Below are positions 1 through 10,075 of a stretch of DNA of 64,000 bases, in pieces. The notes beneath the pieces are model-generated. The model saw only the letters and a program-made list of their open reading frames with translations. It was not told the origin of the DNA and searched no databases. Positions within the stretch are counted from its first letter, which is position 1, and the number at the start of each line of letters is the position of its first letter. Made by a program: the position numbers and the translations under genes. Source of the stretch: Candidatus Cloacimonadales bacterium (GTDB lineage Bacteria > Cloacimonadota > Cloacimonadia > Cloacimonadales > JAFGVF01); NCBI GenBank assembly GCA_963663475.2, contig CAXXJV010000001.1, forward strand, positions 256,001 through 320,000. Direction: 5' to 3'.

Positions 1-888
1 GAAAGAATAAATCCCCGTAACATAGATTCTAAAGAATACTTTTATGGCCATAAAGCTTGTGCAGGTTGTGGCTGTGCATTGGCTGTTAGACTAGCCTTAA
101 AAGTTGTAGGAGATGGAGCATTTTCTATTTTACCAGCAGGATGCATGTCTGCTGTTGGCTTCATTTACCCTCAAATGGCCTTTGTTAATAACTCAATGAT
201 ATCTACCTTCCCAGGTGCAGCATCTTTAGCTTCAGGTGTGGCTGCTGGTAATAAAGCTCTTAAAAGACAAGGTACCAAAACTCTTGTTTTTGCTGGTGAT
301 GGAGGAACTGCTGACATAGGTCTGCAAGCCCTTTCAGGTATGATAGATAGAGATGATGATGTTCTTTATATCTGTTATGATAATGAAGCCTATATGAATA
401 CTGGTATTCAAAAAAGTGGACTGACACCTTTTGGAGCAAAGACTACTACTACTCCTGCCGGAGAAAATATCAGAGGCTCTCAAACTACTAAAAAACAGCT
501 GTTTGAGATTATTGCTGCCCATAATATTAAATATGCTGCAACCGCTTCTATTGGCTATTATCAAGATTATATAAATAAAGTGCAAAAGGCTGCTTCTATT
601 AAAGGTGCAACCTTCATCCATGTGGCAGCTTCCTGTCCTACTGGCTGGGGTACTCCTACTGAAACTTCGGTTGAAATAATGAAAGATGCTGTTGATTGTG
701 GTTTATGGTTCCTAGCTGAATATGAAAACCATAAATTTACTCTTAATAAAGACCCAAAAGAATTTGCTCCAGTAGCTGAATATATTAAAGGTCAAGGTAG
801 ATTTAAACACCTTACAGATGCTGATATTAAAGATATTGAAGATAGCAGAGACGCTTTCTGGAACAGAGTTAGAAAAGACTGGAAGTAA
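1..888 (+). CDS. porB: Pyruvate/2-oxoacid:ferredoxin oxidoreductase beta subunit (5' end lies before the window)
   Basis: Frame is open from base 1 (ERINPRNIDSKEYFYGHKACAGCG...). TPP-binding GDGG...YDNEAYMNTGIQ motif, CAGCG and SCPTGW motifs. Confidence 0.9.
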   Translation, partial: ERINPRNIDSKEYFYGHKACAGCGCALAVRLALKVVGDGAFSILPAGCMSAVGFIYPQMAFVNNSMISTFPGAASLASGVAAGNKALKRQGTKTLVFAGDGGTADIGLQALSGMIDRDDDVLYICYDNEAYMNTGIQKSGLTPFGAKTTTTPAGENIRGSQTTKKQLFEIIAAHNIKYAATASIGYYQDYINKVQKAASIKGATFIHVAASCPTGWGTPTETSVEIMKDAVDCGLWFLAEYENHKFTLNKDPKEFAPVAEYIKGQGRFKHLTDADIKDIEDSRDAFWNRVRKDWK

Positions 889-903
889 AAGATCGTTTAT
901 AAC

Positions 904-928
904 AAAGGGCAGAAATAATCTGCCCTTT
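904..928. terminator. Bidirectional hairpin terminator between convergent porB and OsmC genes
   Basis: aaagggcaga-N5-tctgcccttt. Confidence 0.7.
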
Positions 929-951
929 CTATGTTTTAATAGTAATAATAA

Positions 952-1386
952 TTAATCTACTAATTCAAACTCAACTTTAGTTGTAGCTTGAATATTATCA
1001 GAAATAGGACAACGAGCATCAATCTCATGCAAGAATTCCTTTTTCTCTGCTTCTGTCATATCTGCATCAATCTCTACATATGCCTTCATCCATTGGAAAC
1101 CAGCTCTTACATCACAGCATTTCCCCATCAAAACATCTGTATCTAGTTCCCCTTCAACTTTTACATTGCAAGCTCTTAAATCAAATCTCTTCTGTTTGGC
1201 AATAATAAGGGCAATTGAACCTATGCAACCAGCTAAAGCAGAGAAAAAGAATTCTAATGGAGTAGGGCCTAAATCATCTCCCCCACCTGCTTTTGGTTGG
1301 TCTATGATAAATTTATGGTCTCTTGCCGACACTTCAATAGCCATGTTTTTTTGTAATTTGGATTCTACGATTACCTTTTTTAACAT
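952..1386 (-). CDS. OsmC/Ohr family protein
   Basis: DQP..GG.D.GPTP.E...ALAGC and RCPISD two-Cys pattern. Confidence 0.9.
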   Translation of the reverse strand: MLKKVIVESKLQKNMAIEVSARDHKFIIDQPKAGGGDDLGPTPLEFFFSALAGCIGSIALIIAKQKRFDLRACNVKVEGELDTDVLMGKCCDVRAGFQWMKAYVEIDADMTEAEKKEFLHEIDARCPISDNIQATTKVEFELVD

Positions 1387-1413
1387 CTTATTTTCTCCTA
1401 ATTTTTTTCACAC

Positions 1414-1437
1414 AAAAAAACGCCTCAGATGAGGCGT
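1414..1437 (-). terminator. Intrinsic terminator after the 928-aa secreted protein gene
   Basis: acgcctca-ga-tgaggcgt stem with a 7-A run (U tract on minus strand). Confidence 0.6.
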
Positions 1438-1458
1438 CAAGTAAAAATATCTTATATC

Positions 1459-4245
1459 TTACTTTAAAAGTAACATTTTCTTGAATTCTATGTGCTTGCC
1501 TGCTTCCATCTTAGTGTAATATACACCTGAAGCAACTTCCTGATTTCTATTGTCCTTGCCATTCCATAATAAGTTAATTTTCTTATTTGGGGTTGCAACG
1601 AAATCATTAAACATTGTTTTGACTAATTGACCTTTAACATTATATATATTTATTTTAACATTACTTGGGTTAGTAACAGCGAAACTAATGTTAGTTGAAG
1701 GATTAAAGGGATTTGGGTAGTTTTCAAAAAGTTTTGTACCATAAAATACTTCTGGAGTATCATTACCATCTGGATCACCAATACTTACGATTGTAGGTCC
1801 AAACATTTCTGATTCATTAGACAGTTCGACTGTTTTTAACCAATAATAATATACAGTATTGTTTTGGACTTCTCCATCGACAAAACTATATGTATAAGTT
1901 TGTGAAGAATTGATTGAAGGAATCAATACAGGAATTTGATCAGCACTATCAACATCATTCATGGTATTTTTTAAGATATAATAACCTGTTAATGATGTTT
2001 CGGTCTCAACTGTCCATTGAATTTTAACTTGATTGTCAGAAACTAATACAGCATTAAAAGAAGAAAGTTCTACAGGGAGTGTTTGTTCCTCTCCTGTTAA
2101 TGGGAAACCACTGAGTGAAGATTCTGTTTCCACTGTTGTAGTAGAAGTTGTACCAATATAACTTTCTTCAAGAACATCACCACCAATAGTAGCTTCACTA
2201 TTAGCAGTCTCTTTAGTTGTAACTGTAAAGAAGTAATATTTATCATCTGTCGATACTGTAGTATTAAATCCACTAAAGGTTAAAACATCATTATAATTAG
2301 CTGATCCTCCCAACTGGATAGCTTTAGCCTTGCTTGGATCAAATGTTGTAGAGGAGCTTTCCCAAACTTTGAAGCCTGTACTCACTACATCATTTGATGT
2401 TAATGTACCAGTAAGTTTAAGTTTTAGACTTGTTAAAGCTGCTGTACCTTGATTAGTCTTTATATCTAATCTAAAGAAAGGAGCATCTGGACTTCCAGGA
2501 GCAATAGATGGGAAGTTATCAAAATAATTTAATATTAATGCTCGATATAAACATTTATCAGCAAAAACTCCTGGATTAAATGAACTAACTGTTCCTGAAG
2601 TTGTAATCAGAGCATCGTTAGTTGAGATTTCAATTCTGTCTGAATATGTTAAACCTGTAGAATTTAAGGAAACTGCTACAAAGTAATACTTATACTGGTC
2701 TGTAATACTCCTATTATTTATGGAGAAGTTGTAGGTTCCAGTACCTGTGAAAACTATCGGATTAGATATAGATGTCGCGCTTGAGAAGCTAGTTGTACTT
2801 GATTCATAAAGAGCAATATATGCTGCATCATCAGGATCAATAGTACCACTGACAACGATACCAAGATTAGAAAGATTAGCTGTACCAGAAGCTGTTTTCA
2901 AGCCTACATAGCCAATTGGTTGATAGTTACCTAAGTTATAACCTAATAAGGCAACACCTGAATTTATTTCATCTGCCACCGCATCTATGGTAATATTCTG
3001 GTTTAAATATTGGAATGAACCACTGGTTACTGATGTGTTTGTATTGCCAGCGATATCAACCATTTCCACTGAAAATCGATAGAATTCACTGGAATCCAAT
3101 ATATTCAAGCCAGAAACATCAGAGACACTAGCTGAACTAAGTAAATCAGCACCATCTAGGTTAATACTATTACTACCTGAAGAAAACGACCCAATAATAT
3201 CTATAGTTGAGATAACTGCATAAGTATCATTATCTTTGATATAAACAGTTATTCCCCCCGGAGCCGAGTCTTCACCTAAAGTAAAGTTAAGATTAAAACT
3301 AGATCCACTAGCAGAACTACCAGAAACTAAAGTTGGCTTTATGGCAGCATTGTCGTATATTAACTTATTCCATGGGGATGTCTCTTCGGGATTTCCTGTT
3401 TCATCTTGGTAACCAATCGCTAAATAGTATGTATTTAAATGTGTTAATGATGTACTACCTGTTACTGCTTCGATATGGGAAGAAGCTGTTGAAAAATTTG
3501 TTGCATCAAGAGTAATTTGATGCCTTGAAGTATTTTCATATGTACTAGCTAATGTAAGTGTTGTACTTGGAGAAGAACCATCTGAATTTGGTGAAAAGTA
3601 TAGTTTAACACTTCCTCCATTAGGAACTTCAGTAAGTTGAAAATCTATAAGTAAGCTGCTATTATCATAAGTAGCTACTGTAGGAGAGTTTGGACTGTAT
3701 AAAGTTGGCTCTAGTGTTTCCGTATCGTTAAATACTGTAAGATATGTAGAAAATCCAGTATCAGGGTTGCTGGCTGGAAGAATAGTATTATAATATGAAT
3801 CAACTTGGTAACTAGTATAAGATGAAGAATAATTACCTCTACTTGTATAAAGCTGTAAGCCAGCTTGAATTGATACTGCATTACTAGTGAAACTTCCGAT
3901 ATTAAATGTAGATGTCACATCAAAAGTACCATTAGCCGAATTAGAGTCAAAAGGAATATTATAAAAGCTTTCATCTTGCCAAGAACCCTCATCTGGCGTA
4001 GAACTACCATAAAAAATTAGCAAAATATTATTATCATTCCCATCAAAAGAATATCCTTGAATATTCTCCCTGCTTAATCCTGAAACTGTATAGTTTATCT
4101 GTAACGTAATTTCTTCATTTTCAGAAATATCATAATCACCTGCACCATTTTCACCTTGCATTCCAATCGAGTTTATAGTGATAGTCTGAGCAACCACTAT
4201 ATATGCTATAGATATAAAAAACATGGTTAAAATTATTTTTTTCAT
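1459..4245 (-). CDS. Secreted Ser/Thr-rich multi-beta-sandwich surface protein with LPVELSSF Ig module and T9SS/FlgD-like C-terminal domain
   Basis: Signal peptide; two Ig-like repeats ending D..GN; two repeats ending KYYF(V/F); TLPVELSSF module; NYPNPFNPSTNISF...IYNVKGQLVK...WNGKD...SGVYY...KKMLLLK tail. Confidence 0.8.
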   Translation of the reverse strand: MKKIILTMFFISIAYIVVAQTITINSIGMQGENGAGDYDISENEEITLQINYTVSGLSRENIQGYSFDGNDNNILLIFYGSSTPDEGSWQDESFYNIPFDSNSANGTFDVTSTFNIGSFTSNAVSIQAGLQLYTSRGNYSSSYTSYQVDSYYNTILPASNPDTGFSTYLTVFNDTETLEPTLYSPNSPTVATYDNSSLLIDFQLTEVPNGGSVKLYFSPNSDGSSPSTTLTLASTYENTSRHQITLDATNFSTASSHIEAVTGSTSLTHLNTYYLAIGYQDETGNPEETSPWNKLIYDNAAIKPTLVSGSSASGSSFNLNFTLGEDSAPGGITVYIKDNDTYAVISTIDIIGSFSSGSNSINLDGADLLSSASVSDVSGLNILDSSEFYRFSVEMVDIAGNTNTSVTSGSFQYLNQNITIDAVADEINSGVALLGYNLGNYQPIGYVGLKTASGTANLSNLGIVVSGTIDPDDAAYIALYESSTTSFSSATSISNPIVFTGTGTYNFSINNRSITDQYKYYFVAVSLNSTGLTYSDRIEISTNDALITTSGTVSSFNPGVFADKCLYRALILNYFDNFPSIAPGSPDAPFFRLDIKTNQGTAALTSLKLKLTGTLTSNDVVSTGFKVWESSSTTFDPSKAKAIQLGGSANYNDVLTFSGFNTTVSTDDKYYFFTVTTKETANSEATIGGDVLEESYIGTTSTTTVETESSLSGFPLTGEEQTLPVELSSFNAVLVSDNQVKIQWTVETETSLTGYYILKNTMNDVDSADQIPVLIPSINSSQTYTYSFVDGEVQNNTVYYYWLKTVELSNESEMFGPTIVSIGDPDGNDTPEVFYGTKLFENYPNPFNPSTNISFAVTNPSNVKINIYNVKGQLVKTMFNDFVATPNKKINLLWNGKDNRNQEVASGVYYTKMEAGKHIEFKKMLLLK

Positions 4246-4318
4246 TTATCCCTCACTTTAATCTTAAATTATTACTAACTATAAAAATTATTATTTCTTA
4301 ATAATATCTTCTATTAAC

Positions 4319-4346
4319 ATTATAGTTTTGTTTTATGTTTTGTCAA
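4319..4346 (-). promoter_or_regulatory. Sigma70-type promoter for the 928-aa surface protein gene
   Basis: Perfect TTGACA-N16-TATAAT on minus strand. Confidence 0.75.
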
Positions 4347-4475
4347 GTTTAATTTTCCATTCTAAAAATATAATACAAACTTTTTAAATACTGTAATGAT
4401 AACTAGATAAGTACCACTACTTTGTAGTTGATGTAGCAAAAATGAGAAAATCAAAAAAACTTCTTGACAAGAATA

Positions 4476-4497
4476 GTGTACTACATAAGTATAACAC
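4476..4497. promoter_or_regulatory. Probable YtrA-subfamily GntR operator (autoregulation), just downstream of TTGACA at 4464-4469
   Basis: Imperfect palindrome GTGTACTA-cataag-TATAACAC directly upstream of the GntR gene. Confidence 0.6.
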
Positions 4498-4514
4498 CAT
4501 AAGAGGTAAAAATT

Positions 4515-4886
4515 ATGAAAAAGTTTCGTGATGACCAACCTATCTATCTTCAAATAAAAGAAGAGATAGAGGAAGCCATAATAGCTAAGCGAATATCAGA
4601 AGGCCAGCAGATATTATCGATAAGAGCTCTATCGACAGAATATCGGGTTAATCCAATTACTATAAGTAACGCTTATGCTGAATTAGAAGCTTCCAATATC
4701 ATTTTTAAGAAGAGAGGATTAGGTTTTTTCGTAAAAGAAGGTGCCCGTAGAATGTTATTGAGAGAAAAAAGATATGAATTTATTGAAAGAGATTTAAAAA
4801 ACATAGTAGATAAGGCAAAAATTGTTGATATCGATATTGATATAATTATAGCAGAGTTAGAAAAACTTTTTGCAAAGGAGGATTAA
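4515..4886 (+). CDS. GntR family (YtrA subfamily) transcriptional regulator
   Basis: PIYLQI...SIRALS...VNPITISNAY.ELE...KKRGLGFFV winged HTH; short C-terminus; precedes ABC genes. Confidence 0.92.
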   Translation: MKKFRDDQPIYLQIKEEIEEAIIAKRISEGQQILSIRALSTEYRVNPITISNAYAELEASNIIFKKRGLGFFVKEGARRMLLREKRYEFIERDLKNIVDKAKIVDIDIDIIIAELEKLFAKED

Positions 4887-5737
4887 TGGCCTTAGTTAAA
4901 ACAAGAAATGTAACTAAGAGATATAAAGATCTTTTAGCATTAGACAATGTAAGCACAGAGATTCAGAGGGGCCGGATAGTTGGTCTATTAGGAAAGAATG
5001 GGGCAGGTAAATCTACCTTAATGAAGTGTATCATAGGTTTTACTAAATGCCAAGGTGAGATAACTATTGAAGATAAATCAGTTAACTACATGGACCATAA
5101 GGTTTTTGAAGACACAGCTTTTATTCCTGATATAAATTCCTTAGATGGTAGATTAACAGTAAAAGCTTTTATTAAGTTCTTCAAAGGAGTTCATCCTAAG
5201 TTTAATCAAGACAGATTTGAGAAGTTATTTTCCTCAAGCAATCTTCCCTTAACCAGAAAAATAAGCAAACTATCAAAAGGGATGAAAACAAAGTTATATC
5301 TAATTTTGATTTTGTCACTTGATGTCAGCTTTCTTATATTAGATGAGCCAACTCTTGGTTTAGATATAGTTTATCGTAATGAATTCTATAATACAATCTT
5401 GAGTTCTTTTTATAATGAAAAGAGGACAGTCTTTATTTCAACTCATCAAGTAGAAGAGATAGAACACATCTTACATGATTTGATCATTATTGATAATGGA
5501 AAAATCTTAACTAATGATTCAATAGATAATCTTTTAACCTATTATAAGCTTATCACCATAGATGCTAAAGACCGGGAAAAGCTAAGTAATATCCCCCATA
5601 AAGTTGTTACAGAAGGGTTAAGTGCTATTGAGGTAGTTGTTCCTCGCAAAGCCGATATTAAAGGCTTTAAAGAAGCTATACCAAATCTTGCCCACATCTT
5701 CTTATATACCTTGGAGAATTCTCATGAAACAGTTTAA
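4886..5737 (+). CDS. ABC transporter ATP-binding protein (YtrB-like)
   Basis: GKNGAGKST, LSKGMK, LILDEPTLGLD, ISTH. Confidence 0.92.
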   Translation: MALVKTRNVTKRYKDLLALDNVSTEIQRGRIVGLLGKNGAGKSTLMKCIIGFTKCQGEITIEDKSVNYMDHKVFEDTAFIPDINSLDGRLTVKAFIKFFKGVHPKFNQDRFEKLFSSSNLPLTRKISKLSKGMKTKLYLILILSLDVSFLILDEPTLGLDIVYRNEFYNTILSSFYNEKRTVFISTHQVEEIEHILHDLIIIDNGKILTNDSIDNLLTYYKLITIDAKDREKLSNIPHKVVTEGLSAIEVVVPRKADIKGFKEAIPNLAHIFLYTLENSHETV

Positions 5738-6605
5738 ATCATTAATAGAAAGAGATCTTCACCTTAACAAGTGGTCTCTTCTTCTACCAGTAATTGTCGT
5801 TGCAGTAAGTTATTTATTTATTCTTTTCATAGATTTAAGATGGGGAATAGATTTAGAAAATATTTCTTATAAGATGGAAGGTGCTAATGTACCTTTCATG
5901 GGTTTAGTTGGTATAGTAATTGGTAATATATGGTTGACTTCTGCCTTATTATCTTTAGTTTCTTTGGTAATTTTGACCCCTAATGCCATGAATGATAATA
6001 TCAAACACCAGTGTGAGATATTTTATAAGTGCTTACCAATAGCTCCATGGAAAATTGTTTTAGGAAAAGTAGTATCTTGCTTAGTTTTCCCACTGATCAT
6101 AGTATCACTTTTAGCTTTTCTAAACACTTGGATCGCTTACTTATTCTTAGGTGAAACATCTGTAATTGCCTTAGGTACTTTACTCAAATTTACCCTATCC
6201 AGTATCATATTTATAAGTCCCTATCTCTTGATTTTTGGTTCCTTCTTTATTTTCTTATCTTCTATTATGAAAAAGAAAGTATTTGTTAGGTTCATAGGTC
6301 TTTTGTTTGGAACTAACATAGCAATTCAAATCTTTAGGTCTTTATCAGGAATTAAAATAGCTACTTTATCTGAATACATTAATATGTGGTTAATTAATCC
6401 ATCTTTCACAGGTGCCAAAATCATTGATGTTGATAAATTAGTACAGGGTTTTATGAATCAAATGACCCTAGATAGTGGAATTAATGAGATAAGCAAGTAT
6501 ATTTCCTCAAGCATCTTTAGTTGGGATGGCTTATGCCTGATATTTGCTTCAATAATTTTGTTGACAAGTTCTGTTTATGCTTTCAAATTAAGAAAATTAG
6601 ATTAG
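5724..6605 (+). CDS. ABC-2-type transporter permease (start moved to ATG 5724)
   Basis: About 6 hydrophobic segments; GGAG RBS before MKQFKS; overlaps the end of the ATPase gene. Confidence 0.75.
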   Translation: MKQFKSLIERDLHLNKWSLLLPVIVVAVSYLFILFIDLRWGIDLENISYKMEGANVPFMGLVGIVIGNIWLTSALLSLVSLVILTPNAMNDNIKHQCEIFYKCLPIAPWKIVLGKVVSCLVFPLIIVSLLAFLNTWIAYLFLGETSVIALGTLLKFTLSSIIFISPYLLIFGSFFIFLSSIMKKKVFVRFIGLLFGTNIAIQIFRSLSGIKIATLSEYINMWLINPSFTGAKIIDVDKLVQGFMNQMTLDSGINEISKYISSSIFSWDGLCLIFASIILLTSSVYAFKLRKLD

Positions 6606-6614
6606 GAGATAATT

Positions 6615-7469
6615 ATGAAGAAAATAGTATTTCTAGCTGTAATAGCTATTTTGTTTTTAACTGGTTGTGTGGAATATGGTTTAACTATCAAGGTAAATAA
6701 AGATGGTTCTGGAGAAATTGTTGAAGAGATGTTAATGGCAAATCAAATAATTAACATGGCCAAAGCAATGAATACTGACCAAGGAAATATGAATGCTTTC
6801 TCCAAAGAAAGAGTCATGGAGAAAGGTTCTCGCTTTGGAAAAGATGTTGTTTATAAAGATTTTGAAGAAATAAAAAATGAAGTAAAACAAGGTTATAGGG
6901 TGACTTATAAATTCGATGATATTAATAATATTCAACTATCTGACAAAGTCTTTAGTGAATCAGTAGAATCAGTTACTGAAAATGTCAAAATGGGTAATGA
7001 TGAAGACCTTGATGAAGAGAGTGAAGACGATGATATTGAGTTAGAGAAATTCTATAATTTTGAATATAATAAGAAAGGTAAGTTAATTATCAAGAATGGC
7101 TTTACTGAAGCTATCAATGAAGCTAAAGCTAAGAAAGATGGAGAAGTTGAAGAATGGAGTGAGGAAGGTGAAAAAATGTCTGATGAAGAGATTGAGCAAA
7201 ACATAAATATGGCTAAAATGTTTGTTCAAGGTATGAAGTTCTTTACTAGAATAGAATTTAATGATATTAAAGATGCCAATATACCTCATGAAAACAATCA
7301 AATAACTCTCTTTGAAATTGATATGGATAAACTACTTGAAAACCCTGAAACTTTCAAAGAATTAATGAAAGACGGTGATACTGAAATCACAAAATTCTTA
7401 AATAATGAAAAGCAGATTGATGGTATTATTTTCCATAATGTTGAAAATATTACTGTTAATTTTAAATAG
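6615..7469 (+). CDS. Lipoprotein of unknown function
   Basis: Lipobox FLTGC followed by IKVNKDGSG; acidic loops. Confidence 0.75.
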   Translation: MKKIVFLAVIAILFLTGCVEYGLTIKVNKDGSGEIVEEMLMANQIINMAKAMNTDQGNMNAFSKERVMEKGSRFGKDVVYKDFEEIKNEVKQGYRVTYKFDDINNIQLSDKVFSESVESVTENVKMGNDEDLDEESEDDDIELEKFYNFEYNKKGKLIIKNGFTEAINEAKAKKDGEVEEWSEEGEKMSDEEIEQNINMAKMFVQGMKFFTRIEFNDIKDANIPHENNQITLFEIDMDKLLENPETFKELMKDGDTEITKFLNNEKQIDGIIFHNVENITVNFK

Positions 7470-7478
7470 GATGGAATA

Positions 7479-9905
7479 ATGAAAAAATTTTTAATAATTA
7501 CTCTATTGCTTGCAAGTCTTGCAATGTATAGCATGCCTCTAGCATTTAATAACTCTTCAATAGCAAGCCATGAAGATTTTCTTTCAGGCTATATTAATCC
7601 CGCAGCCTTAGGAACTACAAACAATACCTCTTTCACCTTCTTGAAGAGTTATCAAGAAAAAGATTTTAAAAGTCCTTACGCTTTTATCTACAAAACAAAG
7701 GGATTCTCCTATATGATAGAAGATGATAATGGTACTTATCAAACAATAGCTACTGGTAACAACTTAGGAAGCAACAAAGTTCTAAGAAACTTCTACTTAG
7801 GTTCTTCCTTTGGTTGGAAATCTGGTTCCCTTGAAGATTTTGATTTCTCTAATTCAATCCTCTATAGACCAATAAATCATTTATCATTTGCCTATATTCT
7901 CTCCCACCCTAATGATTTAAAGCCACAGCACAGAGCTGCTATTGCAATCAGACCTTTCGCCTCTACAAGTATGGGAGATGTCTTAGAATTAACTAGTGAC
8001 CTTGGTTGGGGAAATTATGGTGATTTTAACGAGACTAGAGGTTTTATCAAACCTATAGTCGGGGTAAATACTAATTTTCTTGGCGGACTTAGTCTAGGTG
8101 CAAATTACGATATAGACAAAGATCAAGTTGGTATCAGGTTTAGTATCAGTAATTTTAATGCAGTAATTGGTTCCATATCTAACATTCAAGAACAAGCTGA
8201 TGATAGTAAGAAAAATGTAGGATATGGCTATGTCTCTATAAATTCTGATATCATGGGAATGCTAAAGGGTACTGAAAGAAAGAAGATTCTAGACTTGAAT
8301 ATTAAGGGTGATATTGTTGATGAAAATACTAAGTTTAGCATTGGCTTTGTCTCTCTAAAAATGGATGAAAACACAACAATGCTTAGTCTTTTAAAGAAAA
8401 TTAAGCAAGCTAAAAATGATCCAGAAATAAGAGGATTAATCTTCAAAAACAATAACTTTGGTGCTTCATTGGCTAAAAGACAAGAGCTACTAACTGCTTT
8501 GCAAGACTTCAAATCCTCTGGGAAAAAAATAGTTTTCTACTATGAAAATATTTCTAATACTAACTACGCTTTTGCAGCTAACATAGGAGATAAAATCTAT
8601 CTCAATCCCGAAGGAATGGTTAACCTGGTTGGTATAGGCGGAGCTAGTCCTTATATAAAAGAATTACTTGATAAAGTCGGAATTGATTTCTATAATTTTA
8701 GAAGTCATCCTTACAAAACAGCTGGTAATATGTTCTCAGAAGGTCAAATGACAACAGAAGAAAGACAAGTAATGGAAAGACTTTATGGCGACCTTTATGC
8801 CGAAATGGTTGAGATGATTCGTCAAGGACGTGGTCATAAATTAGCTGGTCAAGTTGAAGATATTATTGATAATGGCCCTTACTTCATTCCTCAAGATGCT
8901 CTTAATAGTGGCTTAGTTGATGAATTAGTAGAATGGCATCAACTAAATGATAAATTAGAAGAAGAATTTGGAAGTCATAGCATTACTAAAGAAATTCCTC
9001 GCAGAGTTGATAAAAACTGGTCAAAACCTGGACTAGATAAAGTAGCTATTATCTATGCTTCTGGTAACATAATCAGCGGTAAAGGACAAGCAGGAAGAAT
9101 GATAGGTTCAGAAACAACTGCTAAAGCTATTAGAAAAGCCAGACAGGATCCTCAAGTTAAAGGTATTATCTTGAGAGTTGACTCAGGTGGAGGATCAGCT
9201 TTAGCCTCCCATATCATAGCTGAAGAAGTTAGATTATGTAGTCAAGGAGAAAACAAGAAACCTATTATTGCCTTGATGTCTGGTGTAGCTGCTTCTGGTG
9301 GTTATTATATATCTACCTGGGCTGATGAAATAATAGCTGAGCCAACCACTATCACTGGTTCAATTGGAGTTATTGGCATGATACCTAATTTTGCTAAACT
9401 CTCTAGCAAACTTGGTGTAAACTGGTCTGAAGTTAAGTTCGGTGAAAATGCTACCCTGGGTAGTGTCACTAGAGAATGGACTAATGATGAAAAAGAAATG
9501 TTTAAGAACTTTATTAAAGATTCATATGACAGATTTGTTAATACTGTTGCCACAAGTAGAGCTGCAAGCTATCAAGAAATCAACAAGATAGCAATGGGAC
9601 AAGTATGGACTGGTAATCAAGCATTAGAAAATGGTTTAATTGATAAGATTGGTGGTTATGAAACAGCCCTTCAATCAATGTCAGAAATGCTAGATTCTGG
9701 TAATGAAATCAGCTTAGTTACTTATAGTGGACATGACAAAGCTCAGATTGAAGTTAGTGTTAGTTCTCTAGTAGCTCCTCTATTTACATGGTATAACAAG
9801 TCTTTCTTAAAATCATTAATTGATTTAGATAAGCAAGTAAAGCTTAATACAGATGAAGTAATTCTCTATAAATCACCATATAATTTTAATCAAAACAATC
9901 ATTAA
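7479..9905 (+). CDS. sppA: Signal peptide peptidase SppA (67K two-domain type) with ~260-aa N-terminal extension
   Basis: YKTA (catalytic Lys), LRVDSGGGS, AASGGYY (catalytic Ser), TITGSIGV, GQVWTG.QA...GLID.IGG. Confidence 0.9.
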   Translation: MKKFLIITLLLASLAMYSMPLAFNNSSIASHEDFLSGYINPAALGTTNNTSFTFLKSYQEKDFKSPYAFIYKTKGFSYMIEDDNGTYQTIATGNNLGSNKVLRNFYLGSSFGWKSGSLEDFDFSNSILYRPINHLSFAYILSHPNDLKPQHRAAIAIRPFASTSMGDVLELTSDLGWGNYGDFNETRGFIKPIVGVNTNFLGGLSLGANYDIDKDQVGIRFSISNFNAVIGSISNIQEQADDSKKNVGYGYVSINSDIMGMLKGTERKKILDLNIKGDIVDENTKFSIGFVSLKMDENTTMLSLLKKIKQAKNDPEIRGLIFKNNNFGASLAKRQELLTALQDFKSSGKKIVFYYENISNTNYAFAANIGDKIYLNPEGMVNLVGIGGASPYIKELLDKVGIDFYNFRSHPYKTAGNMFSEGQMTTEERQVMERLYGDLYAEMVEMIRQGRGHKLAGQVEDIIDNGPYFIPQDALNSGLVDELVEWHQLNDKLEEEFGSHSITKEIPRRVDKNWSKPGLDKVAIIYASGNIISGKGQAGRMIGSETTAKAIRKARQDPQVKGIILRVDSGGGSALASHIIAEEVRLCSQGENKKPIIALMSGVAASGGYYISTWADEIIAEPTTITGSIGVIGMIPNFAKLSSKLGVNWSEVKFGENATLGSVTREWTNDEKEMFKNFIKDSYDRFVNTVATSRAASYQEINKIAMGQVWTGNQALENGLIDKIGGYETALQSMSEMLDSGNEISLVTYSGHDKAQIEVSVSSLVAPLFTWYNKSFLKSLIDLDKQVKLNTDEVILYKSPYNFNQNNH

Positions 9906-9967
9906 CTAATAATAAGTTTATTTATTAATAATTATTTATTATTTGTAAATACTTAATAAATAGTGTT

Positions 9968-10002
9968 ATAGCAGGAATGCAAGTCATTCCTGCTATTTTT
10001 TT
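9968..10002 (+). terminator. Intrinsic terminator after sppA
   Basis: atagcaggaatg-N5-cattcctgctat followed by T run. Confidence 0.8.
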
Positions 10003-10075
10003 CTTGCCTATTTTTCTTCAATAGTCAATTTTTGTGTGTAAACAAATCGGGGAAATACTTAAATAAGGAAATCTG

